Of a stretch of DNA of 64,000 bases, positions 50,501 to 59,194 are shown one piece after another; the first letter of the stretch is position 1, and the number at the start of each line of letters is the position of its first letter. Position numbers and translations under genes: made by a program. The notes under the pieces are model-generated. The model was not told where the DNA came from, did no database searches, and saw nothing but the letters and a program-made list of their open reading frames with translations. The DNA is from Antedon mediterranea (lineage: Eukaryota; Animalia; Echinodermata), in assembly GCF_964355755.1 (NCBI RefSeq), contig NC_092676.1, positions 2,547,788 through 2,611,787 on the forward strand, in the 5' to 3' direction.

Positions 50501-51981
50501 TTTTAGTAAAAAATATAATTGTATTAACTTTAGATACATACCATATTCAAATTCAAAAACTGTTATTGTCCAATATTCATTTAAAAAAAATGGAAATTTG
50601 ATGTTTTACATATTTATTTTCTGTACGAAAAACACAAAACCAAAAGAACTTTTAGAAAATTTAATGTGCCCATTCAACGGATAACTGTAATTTTTATGTG
50701 CTTACTGACAGTGTAGTTTTAGTATGCATGCTTCTACCATTCATTAACATAGCTTTAATCATATAACTGCATTTCATATCATAATTTGCTTGAAGATAAT
50801 TGTTGTTTGTTATATATTTACAATTTATATCTGTATTATTTCATTATTTATGTATTTGTAATAAAATTGAGGTGATCATTAAATTAGAATATATTCCATG
50901 TTGCTCAGTTTAATATTTGATTCCCACCCCTTCTGCACCTTGTTACTTCCCTCCCATCCGCATTTTTCCCATCCTCACTTTTTTTTCCATGCGCCTCTTT
51001 TTTATCCTAAATTGTACTTGGGTCCCATTTAATCCTCCAATAATCTCATCACATCCATTTTATTTAGCCCGAACATTAGTAGACCTTCGATCTCTATTCA
51101 TCATTACCGTAATAATTCTCCCCCAACCTTTTCTAGGATAAGTCAATTTATATTAAAATATAAAATACAATATAATATTCTTTAATGGAGATATGTCACT
51201 TAAATTTCTCCCAGAGGATCTACATTACTTCTTGTTATCAATGAGTAGTAATGGGTACAGGTTAAAGGTCAATAACCTAGAATATAACATCGGAAAATAC
51301 CCTCAAAGAGTTCTGTATATGTTCCTAATTATGCTCCCAGAGGGCGGGACATTTATTAATCAATGTAAATTTGGCATGTTGGAACAAAATTTCTAGCATT
51401 GCAATACTTGCAGCCCTATCTATGCAAAAATGTTGACGAAGATGTTTGTTGAATACATATTCCTAATGCTTCATATTAATATATCTATGTAGTTTTTAAT
51501 TTGTAAAATAATTATTCATTACCTTTTAATGTGAAAGTTGATTTAATCAATTACCCGAAAATACTGAACAGTTATTAAATTTGACAGGCCCTGACAACCC
51601 TCATCAGTTTTGTTTCTATATGAAAATGAAACTTCTTTGAAAATGATTGATGCTTCTAGGGTTTTTTTCCAAACATGATAAATAGCCCCCTCTATTGGTC
51701 TATACATTCTGGAGCCTTGACTGATCCGTTATGTAGGTTTCTGTTTACGAACAGTCGTTAAAAACGAATGAAACCAATTTGTAACGCTGATCATAATGTG
51801 ATAAATATCTTTAAAAATTACGTCTACTTTATTTAAATGTTGAAAACCGGCCAATTTTGTAAACTACATAATTGTGATTTTGTAAAACTAGGTTATTTAA
51901 ATTTTTTATTTGATTTCTTTTTTATCGTAGAGCATGCTTTCACGGGAGAACTTCAAGAGCGATGAGGGGACAAATGTTTAA
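2483..51981 (+). CDS. PPFIBP1: Liprin-beta (PPFIBP1/PPFIBP2-like) multi-exon gene, 5'-truncated by the window; join(2483..2545,4249..4297,4492..4553,5055..5243,5405..5614,6086..6263,25860..26013,26677..26808,32879..33029,33911..34111,36052..36174,40480..40605,41167..41355,41773..41973,47721..47810,51931..51981)
   Basis: Phase-consistent GT-AG exon chain. The translation contains liprin-beta hallmarks: LKKAVESLMSANEEK-EMKIEELRQ, SFGKGIFK...SAPNL, KKKKGIKKLF, RATAGARLGWSRD, MPFAKW..QVAAWL, WVTRWLDDIGLPQYKDSF, WSNHRVMEWLRSVDLAEYAPNLRGSGVHGALM, TLLRRHL, GAFSQEINSLT, C-terminal TNV*. Confidence 0.95.
3759..3855. mobile_element. MITE family A, partial copy
   Basis: TGTCTACACTATCAAACTTTATGTGAC...ATCACTACCATATTTGAGCACATCAC. 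Confidence 0.8.
4249..4297 (+). CDS. PPFIBP1: Liprin-beta exon (NEIKNLEAKLNGLRDT), coiled coil
   Basis: ttccatag|AATGAA...GATACAG|gtaaaa; phase 0-1 fits the next exon. Confidence 0.8.
4492..4553 (+). CDS. PPFIBP1: Liprin-beta exon (DTEAIKLKKAVESLMSANEEK)
   Basis: tttag|ATACGG...GAGAAG|gtaggt; matches the conserved LKKAVESLM.ANEEK motif. Confidence 0.92.
4567..4706. mobile_element. Harbinger/Tourist-like MITE family A, copy
   Basis: TIR (AGCTC)TGTCTACACTATCAAACT / AGTTTGATAGTGTAGACAGAGCT; TWA-type flanks. Confidence 0.85.
5055..5243 (+). CDS. PPFIBP1: Liprin-beta exon (EMKIEELRQSINSYKRIQ...RDQ)
   Basis: ctag|GAGATG...GACCAG|gtaaca; 189 nt; conserved KIEELRQ..N.YK motif. Confidence 0.92.
5405..5614 (+). 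CDS. PPFIBP1: Liprin-beta linker exon (ERHQATL...HLSNN)
   Basis: ttttcag|GAGCGG...AATAAT|gtaggt; 210 nt open frame; an alternative donor at 5619 is possible. Confidence 0.85.
6086..6263 (+). CDS. PPFIBP1: Liprin-beta linker exon (YSAAGVYSTLP...SFGKGIFKRNTNKMQSAPNL)
   Basis: aatag|TATTCA...CTGA|gtaagt; conserved SFG.G.FK...SAPNL; alternative acceptors at 6092/6095. Confidence 0.88.
7505..7612 (-). mobile_element. Probable 3' end of a CR1/L2-type LINE
   Basis: Minus strand ends ...GAAATAAATGTTTGTTGAATTTGAATTTGA (AATAAA plus microsatellite tail). Confidence 0.4.
15056..15168. mobile_element. MITE family A, partial copy
   Basis: Left TIR plus internal ATGACATCATCATGTCCATATATGGGCAC. Confidence 0.8.
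15600..15960 (-). mobile_element. tRNA-derived SINE with Meta/MESC-like central domain
   Basis: Minus strand: A box TGGCCGAGCGG, B box GGTTCGAGGCC, core TTCTCGGATAAGGACTATAAACCGTAGGTCC...GCACTTTAAAGAACCC, (TAAAAA)n-like tail. Confidence 0.8.
16501..16750 (+). mobile_element. Kolobok-like MITE family C; other copies at about 13380-13690, 22359-22626 (opposite orientation) and 36459-36567 (partial)
   Basis: ttaa|AGATGTATTGTC...GGGGACAATATATCT TIRs; shared internal AATAGG(C/T)CATT(C/T)TGTA. Confidence 0.7.
17068..17210. mobile_element. MITE family A, copy
   Basis: Both TIRs present. Confidence 0.85.
19099..19231. mobile_element. MITE family A, copy abutting a Kolobok-like element
   Basis: Both TIRs present; followed directly by TTAA and element B. 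Confidence 0.85.
19236..19616 (-). mobile_element. Kolobok-like non-autonomous element B (internally deleted copy)
   Basis: ttaa|AGCTCAGGTACAGGCA...TGCCCGCACCTGGCCT|ttaa; reverse complement of 31865-32449. Confidence 0.8.
20649..20657 (+). CDS. Candidate 9-nt microexon, phase 1-1 (L-T-N becomes L-T-R-S-A-N)
   Basis: tgtcttag|CAAGGTCAG|gtaaga; strong donor, AT-rich acceptor. Confidence 0.4.
20759..20971. mobile_element. MITE family A, copy with internal 21-bp tandem expansion
   Basis: CTACCATATTTGAGCATATCA x4 between the TIRs. Confidence 0.85.
21817..21950. repeat. 47-bp tandem repeat, about 3 copies, near-perfect
   Basis: TAATGTAATCTCTTTCTTAGTCTCTATGGTCACATGGACTTCAAGTT at 21817, 21864 and 21911. 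Confidence 0.95.
22359..22626 (-). mobile_element. Kolobok-like MITE family C, copy
   Basis: ttaa|AGATATATTATCCCC...GGGGATGATACATCT. Confidence 0.7.
24238..24934. repeat. 19-bp minisatellite (AAAAAACCCTATCTTTGTT), about 36 copies
   Basis: Direct inspection. Confidence 0.97.
25860..26013 (+). CDS. PPFIBP1: Liprin-beta exon (NNISEENL...KKKKGIKKLFV)
   Basis: cttctacag|CTAAT...GTCAG|gtaaga; phase 1-2; conserved KKK.GI.KLF motif. Confidence 0.9.
26215..26637. repeat. 14-bp minisatellite (TTATGAACATGGCA), about 30 copies
   Basis: Direct inspection; ends 40 nt before an exon acceptor. Confidence 0.95.
26677..26808 (+). CDS. PPFIBP1: Liprin-beta exon (LKRSGS...FQRGGRLRATAGARLGWSRDIKSN)
   Basis: ttttacag|GCTGAAG...AATGG|gtaaga; diagnostic RGG.RATAG.RLGWSRD motif. 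Confidence 0.95.
27049..27899. mobile_element. Non-autonomous Tc1/mariner-superfamily (Tc2-like) DNA transposon, 851 bp
   Basis: Perfect 27-bp TIR CCGTATATTTCGGTGTATAAGTCGCAC, TA on both sides, subterminal GCGTCTTATACA repeats; no transposase ORF. Confidence 0.9.
28140..28445. repeat. About 85-105-bp tandem repeat, 3+ copies
   Basis: CAGTTAATATTTGATGTATTCTGG...ATTATGGTACCCTCCAATTATAGAC repeated. Confidence 0.9.
29305..29492. repeat. 13/14-bp minisatellite (GATGTAATTTGCGA / GATGTAATTGTGG)
   Basis: Direct inspection; explains the repetitive minus-strand ORFs. Confidence 0.92.
29641..29739 (+). CDS. Candidate 99-nt cassette exon, phase 2-2 (HVQSAATWDGKYDFTLSDFSKVGPWLRRLELK)
   Basis: Long pyrimidine tract ...ctctatctag|GCACG...AAAACA|gtaggt; open in the frame set by the flanking exons. 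Confidence 0.7.
30005..30212. repeat. Compound (ATC/ATT/GTC)n trinucleotide microsatellite
   Basis: Direct inspection; source of the poly-I and poly-D/N ORFs. Confidence 0.95.
30876..30940 (-). mobile_element. L2-type LINE/SINE 3' tail
   Basis: Minus strand GTACGGCGCTTTGA...AAAGCACTTTATAAAT followed by (TAA)n. Confidence 0.45.
31428..31630. mobile_element. Degenerate palindromic interspersed element; related copies at about 15985-16155 (inverted) and 17890-18045
   Basis: CAGTATCATAGGAAAATTCCATAATACAG...TATTATGGAATTTGTCATGATACTG inverted arms around a GGTTA-rich centre. Confidence 0.6.
31865..32449 (+). mobile_element. Kolobok-like non-autonomous element B (longer copy)
   Basis: ttaa|AGGCCAGGTGCGGGCA...TGCCTGTACCTGAGCT|ttaa; TTAA TSD, imperfect TIRs with RR..YY ends. 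Confidence 0.8.
32879..33029 (+). CDS. PPFIBP1: Liprin-beta SAM1 exon (DIDMPFAKWDTDQVAAWLHELGLSQY...)
   Basis: tttttcag|AGATATT...TACAGC|gtgagt; SAM domain signature. Confidence 0.95.
33123..33242. mobile_element. MITE family A, copy
   Basis: Both TIRs present. Confidence 0.85.
33911..34111 (+). CDS. PPFIBP1: Liprin-beta SAM1/SAM2 exon (ELGVKNPLHRKKL...RMLNFLTV)
   Basis: tttttcag|GAACTC...ACAGTG|gtaggt; WVTRWLDDIGLPQYKD motif. Confidence 0.96.
34155..34330 (+). mobile_element. Second, head-truncated copy of the same SINE
   Basis: ATCGGCACAGGTTCAAG...TTCTGGTGGT...TCTTCTCGGATAA...AGGTCCAGTGTACAC...CACTTTAAAGAACCCAG. Confidence 0.75.
34836..34996. mobile_element. MITE family A, copy with TTA target-site duplication
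   Basis: tta|AGCTCTGTCT...GGACAGAGCT|tta. Confidence 0.85.
36052..36174 (+). CDS. PPFIBP1: Liprin-beta SAM2 exon (DDLLSLKVTSALHHISIMRGIQCLR...LRRRPTDE)
   Basis: ttttaag|GATGAT...GACGAG|gtaaat; 123 nt, conserved. Confidence 0.95.
36902..36922 (+). CDS. Candidate 21-nt microexon (VWPIMME), phase 0-0
   Basis: aatgtag|GTGTGGCCTATTATGATGGAG|gtaggt; long AG-free T-rich tract upstream. Confidence 0.6.
38026..38073 (+). CDS. Candidate 48-nt cassette exon (TKQEKISSVPTWSSQL), phase 0-0
   Basis: ctgac...ttgcatttttcacccacag|ACAAAG...CAACTG|gtaaac. Confidence 0.55.
38220..38364. mobile_element. MITE family A, copy
   Basis: Both TIRs present, slightly degenerate. Confidence 0.8.
39207..39580. repeat. 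About 103-bp tandem repeat x4, each with an ATGCAAAT octamer
   Basis: ATGCAAAT at 39258, 39361, 39463 and 39566. Confidence 0.9.
40480..40605 (+). CDS. PPFIBP1: Liprin-beta SAM3 exon (PYESGAEVMLWSNHRVMEWLRSVDLAEYAPNLRGSGVHGALM)
   Basis: atttcag|CCATAT...TTAATG|gtaatg; near-invariant liprin SAM3 motif. Confidence 0.96.
40876..41045. mobile_element. MITE with 26-bp TIRs
   Basis: GGCTGTATTTACCATTCACACTTAAG...CTTAAGTGTGAATGGTGAATACGGCC. Confidence 0.8.
41167..41355 (+). CDS. PPFIBP1: Liprin-beta SAM3 exon (VLEPRFLADTLAALLCIPPTKTLLRRHL...KIK)
   Basis: ttttcag|GTATTG...ATTAAG|gtacgc. Confidence 0.96.
41420..41543. mobile_element. MITE family A, left-truncated copy
   Basis: Internal sequence plus perfect right TIR. 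Confidence 0.8.
41773..41973 (+). CDS. PPFIBP1: Liprin-beta C-terminal exon (PKKRAFTRKKR...DYLCP...EINQ)
   Basis: aatcag|CCAAAG...AATCAG|gtgtgt; conserved DY.CP motif. Confidence 0.9.
42963..43106. mobile_element. MITE family A, copy
   Basis: Degenerate left TIR, perfect right TIR. Confidence 0.8.
43394..43941. repeat. 20/21-bp minisatellite (CATATTTAGTCATGATCTGCC), about 26 copies, with higher-order pattern
   Basis: Variant units recur at 43402, 43568 and 43817. Confidence 0.95.
44085..44192 (+). CDS. Candidate 108-nt cassette exon (AEDNRRKPTRVQSLYTRRDVYNPRVYVHPRSAVITK), phase 0-0
   Basis: ttccgcttctctag|GCCGAA...ACAAAG|gtatag; GC-rich, open, in frame. Confidence 0.7.
44668..44673 (+). 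CDS. Candidate 6-nt microexon (VI), phase 0-0
   Basis: About 65-nt AG-free pyrimidine tract ...gttttag|GTCATC|gtaaga. Confidence 0.6.
44928..45105. mobile_element. Helentron/HINE-like non-autonomous element fragment
   Basis: AACAAGAAGGGCACTCAGAGAGCGCAAGCCCCCGCC...TAATCCTGCTAAC followed by a (CAAA)n microsatellite; family assignment is from recall. Confidence 0.5.
47721..47810 (+). CDS. PPFIBP1: Liprin-beta penultimate exon (HNQTR...FGAFSQEINSLT)
   Basis: tttttcag|CACAAT...CTGACA|gtcagt; resembles the vertebrate GAFSEGINNLT motif. Confidence 0.88.
47887..48258. repeat. About 200-bp tandem duplication
   Basis: CCTTTTCCTTATAAGGATGTCGTCTACC...CCCAAAATCATTCATAGTTT present twice, nearly identical. 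Confidence 0.92.
48880..49340. repeat. CT-rich low-complexity tract
   Basis: Strong pyrimidine bias; source of the F/L/S-rich ORFs. Confidence 0.85.
51931..51981 (+). CDS. PPFIBP1: Liprin-beta last coding exon (SMLSRENFKSDEGTNV*)
   Basis: tttatcgtag|AGCATG...GTT TAA; continues the LT-xML motif; ends T-N-V, like the S-N-V end of vertebrate liprin-beta1. Confidence 0.88.
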   Translation, partial: SMLSRENFKSDEGTNV

Positions 51982-53510
51982 TCGTGAACTGTCGATGACT
52001 CTTTAAAAACTTTAAACCAAACCAAGGAAAGAAACAAACACATGCAAGACGTACCTGGACAAAATATTATGCAAATGAGATTGACATAAAATATTGATGA
52101 TTGCTCATAGTGATATTTTACCAAAATTATGTAAATTTTTCCCTGTAAATTACGATGTTTTAGTTAATTTGCTTCTTTTTGCTGTTAGTTTTTCTTGGCT
52201 TGATATAGGCCTGTGTATATTCATTTAGTGTTTTCTTTACAATTGTTCAGCTGGTTATTTATTTGGTATTTATAAAGTTATTTAAGTGAAGCAAGTTGAA
52301 AGTGCAACAATAAATGAGTGATCCAGATAAGAACCACAGTCCCCGCATGAATCTGGTTATGTAAGGCTAAAGCAGTCAGGAATATTGGTCCCCGCATGGA
52401 ACTGGTTTAGGTATAACTTAATTGATGAAATAGAAAAACTGGTCCCCCCAGGGATTTGGTTATGTGCAACTATTGTGCTTCGAATTAGACAATTTGGACT
52501 CCGCAGGGATCTGGTTAGGGATATCTAGAGCGGTCAATCTTTGCTGAACGGTCAGTTTTTTACTGAATAGTCTGACAGCCTTGTGCTCCTTCACAGTTTC
52601 ATGTTGCCTAAACTCGACCGTTAAATCAGAAACTGAACCAAGATGAAAGGCATATTATTTCTCTTTATAGTATCGTTCGTTTGATTGCTTTCAGAACCGT
52701 AAACTTATCGGAATGTATTGACGAATCGACAACAGCTGTGTCTGTATCCTGAGCACTCATGACACGCCCTGCTGCCCCAGAAAACGACATCTACCCAGTA
52801 TATTCTGGTTTATCTTGTAAAATTACTAATATTATGTATATTTTTTCTAGGAGGAAGCTGTAGAGTGCTACTAATAATAAACGCAGGCTTCATCTGTTTT
52901 AACTTGTCTATACTTGCATGTTTGTTTACACGTTGTAAGCATTTTTTCTGTTAATTTCATTACATGTTCCAATTATGCTCCAAAGGATATTCCATGTGCA
53001 AATATCGGTTGCTAGGAGATTAAGTAAGGTTGCCAGGATGTTTCAAAGATTTTGTTTTAAATGTAGAAGAGAATGGGAAAAAGGAGGGTGATTAAGTAGA
53101 TTAAGGAAGGTGCCACTAAGCATGCAATGTTTGGGGTTATGTGGTATAGCAGACATATAAAATATGTTGGGTTTTTTTTTCTGATTTATGACAAAAGCTT
53201 AATAGATTATCACTTGCAATTACCACTATATTTAATTGTTTTTTTAAAGATTATTTATCCATTATTATACATAAAAAAATTAAAACAATATAGTTACAAA
53301 GTAAAATATAATGCTAATAAATTTGTAGTTACATAACACCATTTTGTATGACGATAAGATTTTTTAACAAGTATTTTTGCTGGATGAGATATTTGTGATT
53401 TTTATCTGCAAAAACGTGGGCCGCCGGGATACTGTTTGATTGTTGCATATAATACATGTATTTTAATCTTGTAGAATAATAAAAATAAATGTTTTGAAAC
53501 CATTATATAA
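51982..53510 (+). other. Probable 3' UTR of liprin-beta with tandem AATAAA polyadenylation signals at 53478 and 53484
   Basis: Follows the stop codon; U-rich; AATAAAAATAAA cluster; an earlier AATAAA lies at about 52309. Confidence 0.55.
52338..52520. repeat. Four regularly spaced 25-nt motifs (GGTCCCCGCA(T/G)GGA(T/A)CTGGTTA) in the 3' UTR
   Basis: Copies at 52338, 52387, 52441 and 52496 with diverged spacers. Confidence 0.8.
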
Positions 53511-55469
53511 TTGGAGTTAATATTATTTAACTGTATGTATCGTCTTTACAAATATCATTTGCCGTGTTCAACATTTTTCCTTCACCTTTGCTGTCTCGTT
53601 GGAAAATTTCTAAAGTAGAAATAATGGCGAAACAAATCGTTTTAATTTGTCGTGCAAAGATTAGGTAAATTACGACATTCAACAAACATATCCGTTTATC
53701 CATTCATCTCTCTATCGAATGCATTGAATAAATTCTTGATTTTTAAAGAGCTATATTAGTCGTTTTTGTTTGTTTCTGTACATATCAAACTTCCAAAATT
53801 TGCATAACTTTCAGACGGACGCGTCCTAATCCATGATCATCCATATGATTGGCTATGCATTAGCGCGTTGGATAATTTGCATACACGCGCAGCTACGCGC
53901 TACAATTATAATAATGCGACTGGAACTTTAAAGATAATTCTGTCCGTCGAAGATAAAGAAGGTTAAGGACGTATTATTTCAGAATTGTCAATTTAAATTC
54001 ACATTTCCTGTATGCAAGATTGTATTTTCCTCTCCATAATCAAGTAAATTCGAATACCGGCGTATTTCACTTTGGAAATATAATAGATCTAATTGCAATA
54101 AATATTCCTATTCGATTGTTTAAATTATTCGGTTATATTTAGAATTTTTCAGCGATGTTTGTCATTTGCTTTCTTAAGATGTAAATTTAATCATCTTATT
54201 ATGGATAAGTGATGAAACATTACTGGCTAAGCTTAAATATGCATATTTGTTCGCTTTGTAATTATACTTTTAATGCTGCTATTGTTGCTATAAGATATGT
54301 TGTTAAAATGTTATTTAATAGATGTATCGCTTTGCGTTTGTATGTTATGGCCATTTTTGGAAATAATCCCTGTAATACCAAGAAATTTTCGGTAACTTTG
54401 AAAATGGGGAAATGAGAAAATTGCAAATTATTTCTCTATGGATATTATAACTGAAATAAAAGAATTAATGAATGCAATTCGTTGAATATAAACTCTTTTC
54501 AACCTTTAAGCAAAATTGTATTGTAAGGTATTTGTGCAAGAAATAGATTGTGAAAGTAACGTTTACAGTCGGCCTATTGATTCAAGTAAGCCTACTGTGA
54601 AGTGAATATACCATAGACAGATCTGATGAAAATAAAATAAATTGAAATGGGATGCAAAACACAGACAACAAAAGAAGCTTTTGATAGTGTCGTAAAAGGT
54701 TTATCGCTTGTAAAATGGAAATTGTATATAATTTATTTAGAAAAAGTCAGAGGTCAACACATATATTTATATTTATACCAGTACATTTTCGCGAAACTTG
54801 CAGACACTAGTGCTTGATGCTTTTATTGCCTTTTTCACGCTGCTGCTCTAGCCCGCTACGTCACACGAGATGATTCATTCATTAGATGAAATCAAGCAGC
54901 AGTATAGTACTACACTTTGACATTTTTGTTAAAATGGAAACTCGACTATAATTTATAGGTACCACCCGTTGAATCCAAAAAACGGCTGGGAAAAGAGTCT
55001 AATGACAAATCCCAAAGCATTTCTGGTATTTATGAGTCCCATGATATTACTATAATTCACTGTCAGATAATCATTGAATTATTATCAAAACCGTCCATTG
55101 AAGTTTTTGTTTGTAATAGGATACTTGAAGTATCTAGGCTTGATGAAGTGACCCCAAGACTTGACCTTAGCAATAACAATAAGCAAGCAGCGTTTTTTGT
55201 AAGAAATATTCTTGTTTACTACAGTATTGCTCTGAGTCTACGTTTCTTTCTAGGACACAAACTTAATATTCTATCCTATCAGACTATGTTCATCCATTGT
55301 TGGGAGTAGCCCCCCTCCAACAATTTTCTTCTGCCGTATGTAATTCTCGTAAAGGAAGTTTTCCAATCGCAATTAAGTCCAGGGTTCAATCCTGATCTAC
55401 TGCAAGGGTTCTAACCCGCGACTTTTTCAACTGAACTCCATAAGCCTCAAATGAGACCTAATTAACAAA

Positions 55470-55832
55470 AAAAATGACATTTTTGTGTCGCATAAAGTTT
55501 GATAGTGTAGGAAAGGCTTTAGTTTATACATTGTGAAATAGTTTACCGAACCTGTAATTGGTGAGTACTCGCTGTTGGATGATGCGTATGGAATTTAAAA
55601 CAAGAAGTTTTTTTCGTGTTTGTTTAGGCTATTTGTTCTGATTTCATCTCTCTCCATGTTTTATGTTGTCTTGCTCTCTTCCTTTTACCATTTCTTGGTT
55701 GCCATTCTATTACTACTTGAAGCCCTGTCTACACTATCAAACTTTATGTGACAAAAAATGTGTGCATATATAGACATATTTGGGCATATCACTACCATAT
55801 TTGGGTACATCACACTTTGTCAAACTAGTTTA
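55470..55832. mobile_element. Two partial MITE family A copies (about 55470-55518 and 55721-55832)
   Basis: AAAGTTTGATAGTGTAG and AGCCCTGTCTACACTATCAAACT. Confidence 0.75.
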
Positions 55833-56174
55833 ATATAAAGAGCTGTAGAACATGATGCTGTTCAATCTAACAATAATTATTCGTAACAATTTCTTCTAAA
55901 TAGTTAAATCAATAAGCTGAATGATTACTCGAAATATAACTTTAAACCAAAAAAAATGCATTATTAATTGATTATGATTTCTATAAATGTATTATTAATG
56001 TATAGTGCCTTTCAGATCAAATTCCTTATTTTCTAATTTTGGTACAGTGTCGGTATAATCACAAAGAACAAATAGAATATAGCATGTATTATGATATTAG
56101 AATCGGATTACATACTTGCTTGTAAACATTGTACAATTATATATGAAAGAGAATAGCCGTTAATACAGCGCATA

Positions 56175-56313
56175 AGCTCTGTCTACACTATCAACTTTAT
56201 GCAACAAAAAATATGAAGTACCCATAATGTAGACACGATGATGTCATATCACCACTATATTTGGGCACATCACACTTTTGTTGTCAAACTAGTTGGATAG
56301 TGTAGACAGAGCT
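56175..56313. mobile_element. MITE family A, copy
   Basis: Both TIRs present. Confidence 0.85.
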
Positions 56314-58254
56314 TAAGTTGCGTACAATATCTTAGAATTAAATGAGTTAATTTATTCATGTCAAACATACAAAAATAATTTTAAATTGGTTTTTTTTTTT
56401 CAAGTTAAAAGAAAGTGATCTTTTAACAAAATATTACTTTTTATTACTTTGTTAAAACAAATATCTTTTAAAAAAACGTGTTCATCTATATCTAACAATC
56501 GTCAAACTGCCCAGTTTATAGAAGAGATGCGCAACTTTCTAAATTTATTTAGTTTTCTATTGACTTCGCTGAATATGTTTTTGCAAAGTTTATCATCTTC
56601 GGTCACCATTTTATCCTCTTAATTTCCTTTATGTAGGCGTACTGTATCGGATGTAGCGCCGTGTACATTATACAAACATTTAATTAAAGTACGACCTAAA
56701 GACTACGAACCTATTGAGTCTAATAGTCATTTCCGAGCGTATACAAACTTCACATCAAGTTATGTAAGCTGAAAACACTATCTCTGTATTATTTGCTCAT
56801 CTGGACATTTTGAAGGCCAGGAAAGATGGTAATGTCGTGAAAACAAATACATTAGCGCCCTCGTCCATTATGAACATACTGTCGGTGGGCGCTGGTTCAT
56901 TCTTGGCATAATTGCTTTCAGTTAGTCGGGTCAAACTTTATCCCACAGATTACACTTTAATCTATTTGGATTAAATTTTAATTTGCACATCAATAATAAT
57001 ATACAGAATAAGATGAACAATATTAATCTACACTTTAAGAAGAACATTAATATTTCGACGACTGGCAGTTTCCGACTTGGGCTTTTGACGAGTTTGTTAT
57101 TGTGAATGTTGAAAAAAGATAAAAATAAATAAATTGATGAATCAATAGGATCTTTATCAGCATCCTTTTCCATTCCATTTTTTGTCTTAAATTAATTTAC
57201 TTCATAATTAAGTGTCATTTTATTCTGTATAGTCTGTCACTCAGGCAACGTCCAAACAGTCCATGAGGGGGAGAGGCGTATCATGTGGGATTTCTTTTAA
57301 ACGCCGCATGTGCGTCGTGCGTACTCCATGTACGCTCATCAAACTAATGTATGATTTTATCTTTTTCGTTGATAGAGGGCGTATTACTATTGGTCCACAT
57401 ATTTTTATTAATTTATATAGTTTATCAACTTGTACACATATGTACTTTTATGTATGTTCTTAGTTGAAAATAAACAGAATTTCTACACTGTGTTTAATTT
57501 TTCCCCTGTATCCTTAGCGAATTGTCAATTTGCTAATTGTTTAAACCTAAATACAAGGAACGAAAGCATCTCGTAAGTATGCAAATTAGGTACATTCTAT
57601 GTAAATTAGATTAACTCCACCAACACAAAGAAATAAATAGGCTACCTCCAAGATCTTGGCCGCTGACGTGCACCGTTTACATGTCTTTCTATATATTTTT
57701 TCTATGTTTAACTTTAACTCTTCAAGCAGCGAAATGACTAACGTCACAATTGGAATACAAAACGGCAATACCGATCATTTGTAAGTAATTTAATAGGGGT
57801 CAGTATATTATTAGGATAAAATAAAATAGAAGCTGCTATTTAAACGATGGGGTTACTAATATAATATCGAGTAACAGAAGAATAGGCCAACTATATGGCG
57901 GCACTAACGAACTGAGTTGCGGCATATTTTCTCCTTAATATACTGACACGATCACACTGGCTAAAAAGTTTTCAAGTTTCCAATCAACTCTTTTAGTTTA
58001 GACAATTATGATTTATCTGATATATTTTTTATTTCAATTCACGTACTATATATCGATTATAATCAGCAGGGCTATCCACGGGCGAATATGTCAACCTGTC
58101 CAACACTGATTAAATAATCATATCGTTTATTTAATCGTTGAAATACTGATATTAAATACAAGGACATATATTATAACATCACTCTCCATAGTACGTGTTC
58201 ACTTATTTTTAACGATTTCTGCAGTATAGGCCTACCATTTATTATGAGTCAAAG

Positions 58255-58701
58255 AAATGTGTTTCGCGTGCGAGAGGCTCAATTTTAATGGGCACGCGTT
58301 AAAATGATGAGGAAAATGGTCATTTGTACGCGCGCGTCGATCTACTGGTGGTAACAATACTTGATACTGATTGTTACTAGTATGTACTTCGTTTTACATG
58401 CACTTGTCTTACGTATACTCCTTTTTTGACCGTTTTGTGGAGAACAGCAAAGTGTTATTGACGGTAATTATGATGAAACAATACGATGAGACAATAAATG
58501 ATGGATGAAATATGTTCCGCTTGCGAGTGGTTCAATTTTAATGGGCACGCGTTTAATTGATGATGAAAATAATATTTTTGTACGCGCGCTTTACTGGTGG
58601 TAACAATACTTGATACTGATTGTTGTAAATGCACTTGTCTTCGTATACTCCTTCTTTTTTTACCATTTTGTGGAGAACAGCAAAGTGTTATTGACAGTAA
58701 A
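58255..58701. repeat. About 250-bp diverged tandem duplication, CpG-rich
   Basis: TAATGGGCACGCGTT...TACTGGTGGTAACAATACTTGATACTGATTGTT...GTGGAGAACAGCAAAGTGTTATTGAC present twice. Confidence 0.9.
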
Positions 58702-59194
58702 TAGAATGAGTGATGTGTTAAATTATTCGTAAGAACAGTTAAAAGTGACAATATTCACGCAATGTTAACTAATATTAGCATTTTAAAGACGACTGACATG
58801 AAGACACGGTGATCCATCATAATGTGTCTATTTGTGAGGCAGCTATATAATTGTCTATTTAACATGATGGAATTAGATTTCCGATAGCTAAGTTAATAAT
58901 ATCCTCAGAAAGGAGGAAGTATTTTATTTCTATCGATATTTTTATTATTAAAGTTTGTTTGTATCTTCACTAATTGATACTATAGGTATTCCGAATAGAC
59001 CGGGATATTTAGTCCTATTATTAAACGCATTATACGTCACAACACGTTTGCCTTTTGACTCCTTAACCTGCTCTAAAAAGAAAACGTAGCTTGTAGAAAT
59101 TGCTTAAAACCAGCACAATGCATTATGTTGGTTTATCAATGTTTGTATAGACGTTTATATTATATTGTTGGAGCGCAATTTAGAAAGTATAAGT

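Noticed and set aside
52338-52520. CRISPR-like repeat-spacer appearance
   Set aside because: Eukaryotic 3' UTR, degenerate repeats, no cas genes; kept only as a UTR repeat finding.
56500-57780. GC-richer segments that might be minus-strand exons
   Set aside because: Frames I translated are interrupted by stops, with no recognisable protein or consistent splice chain.
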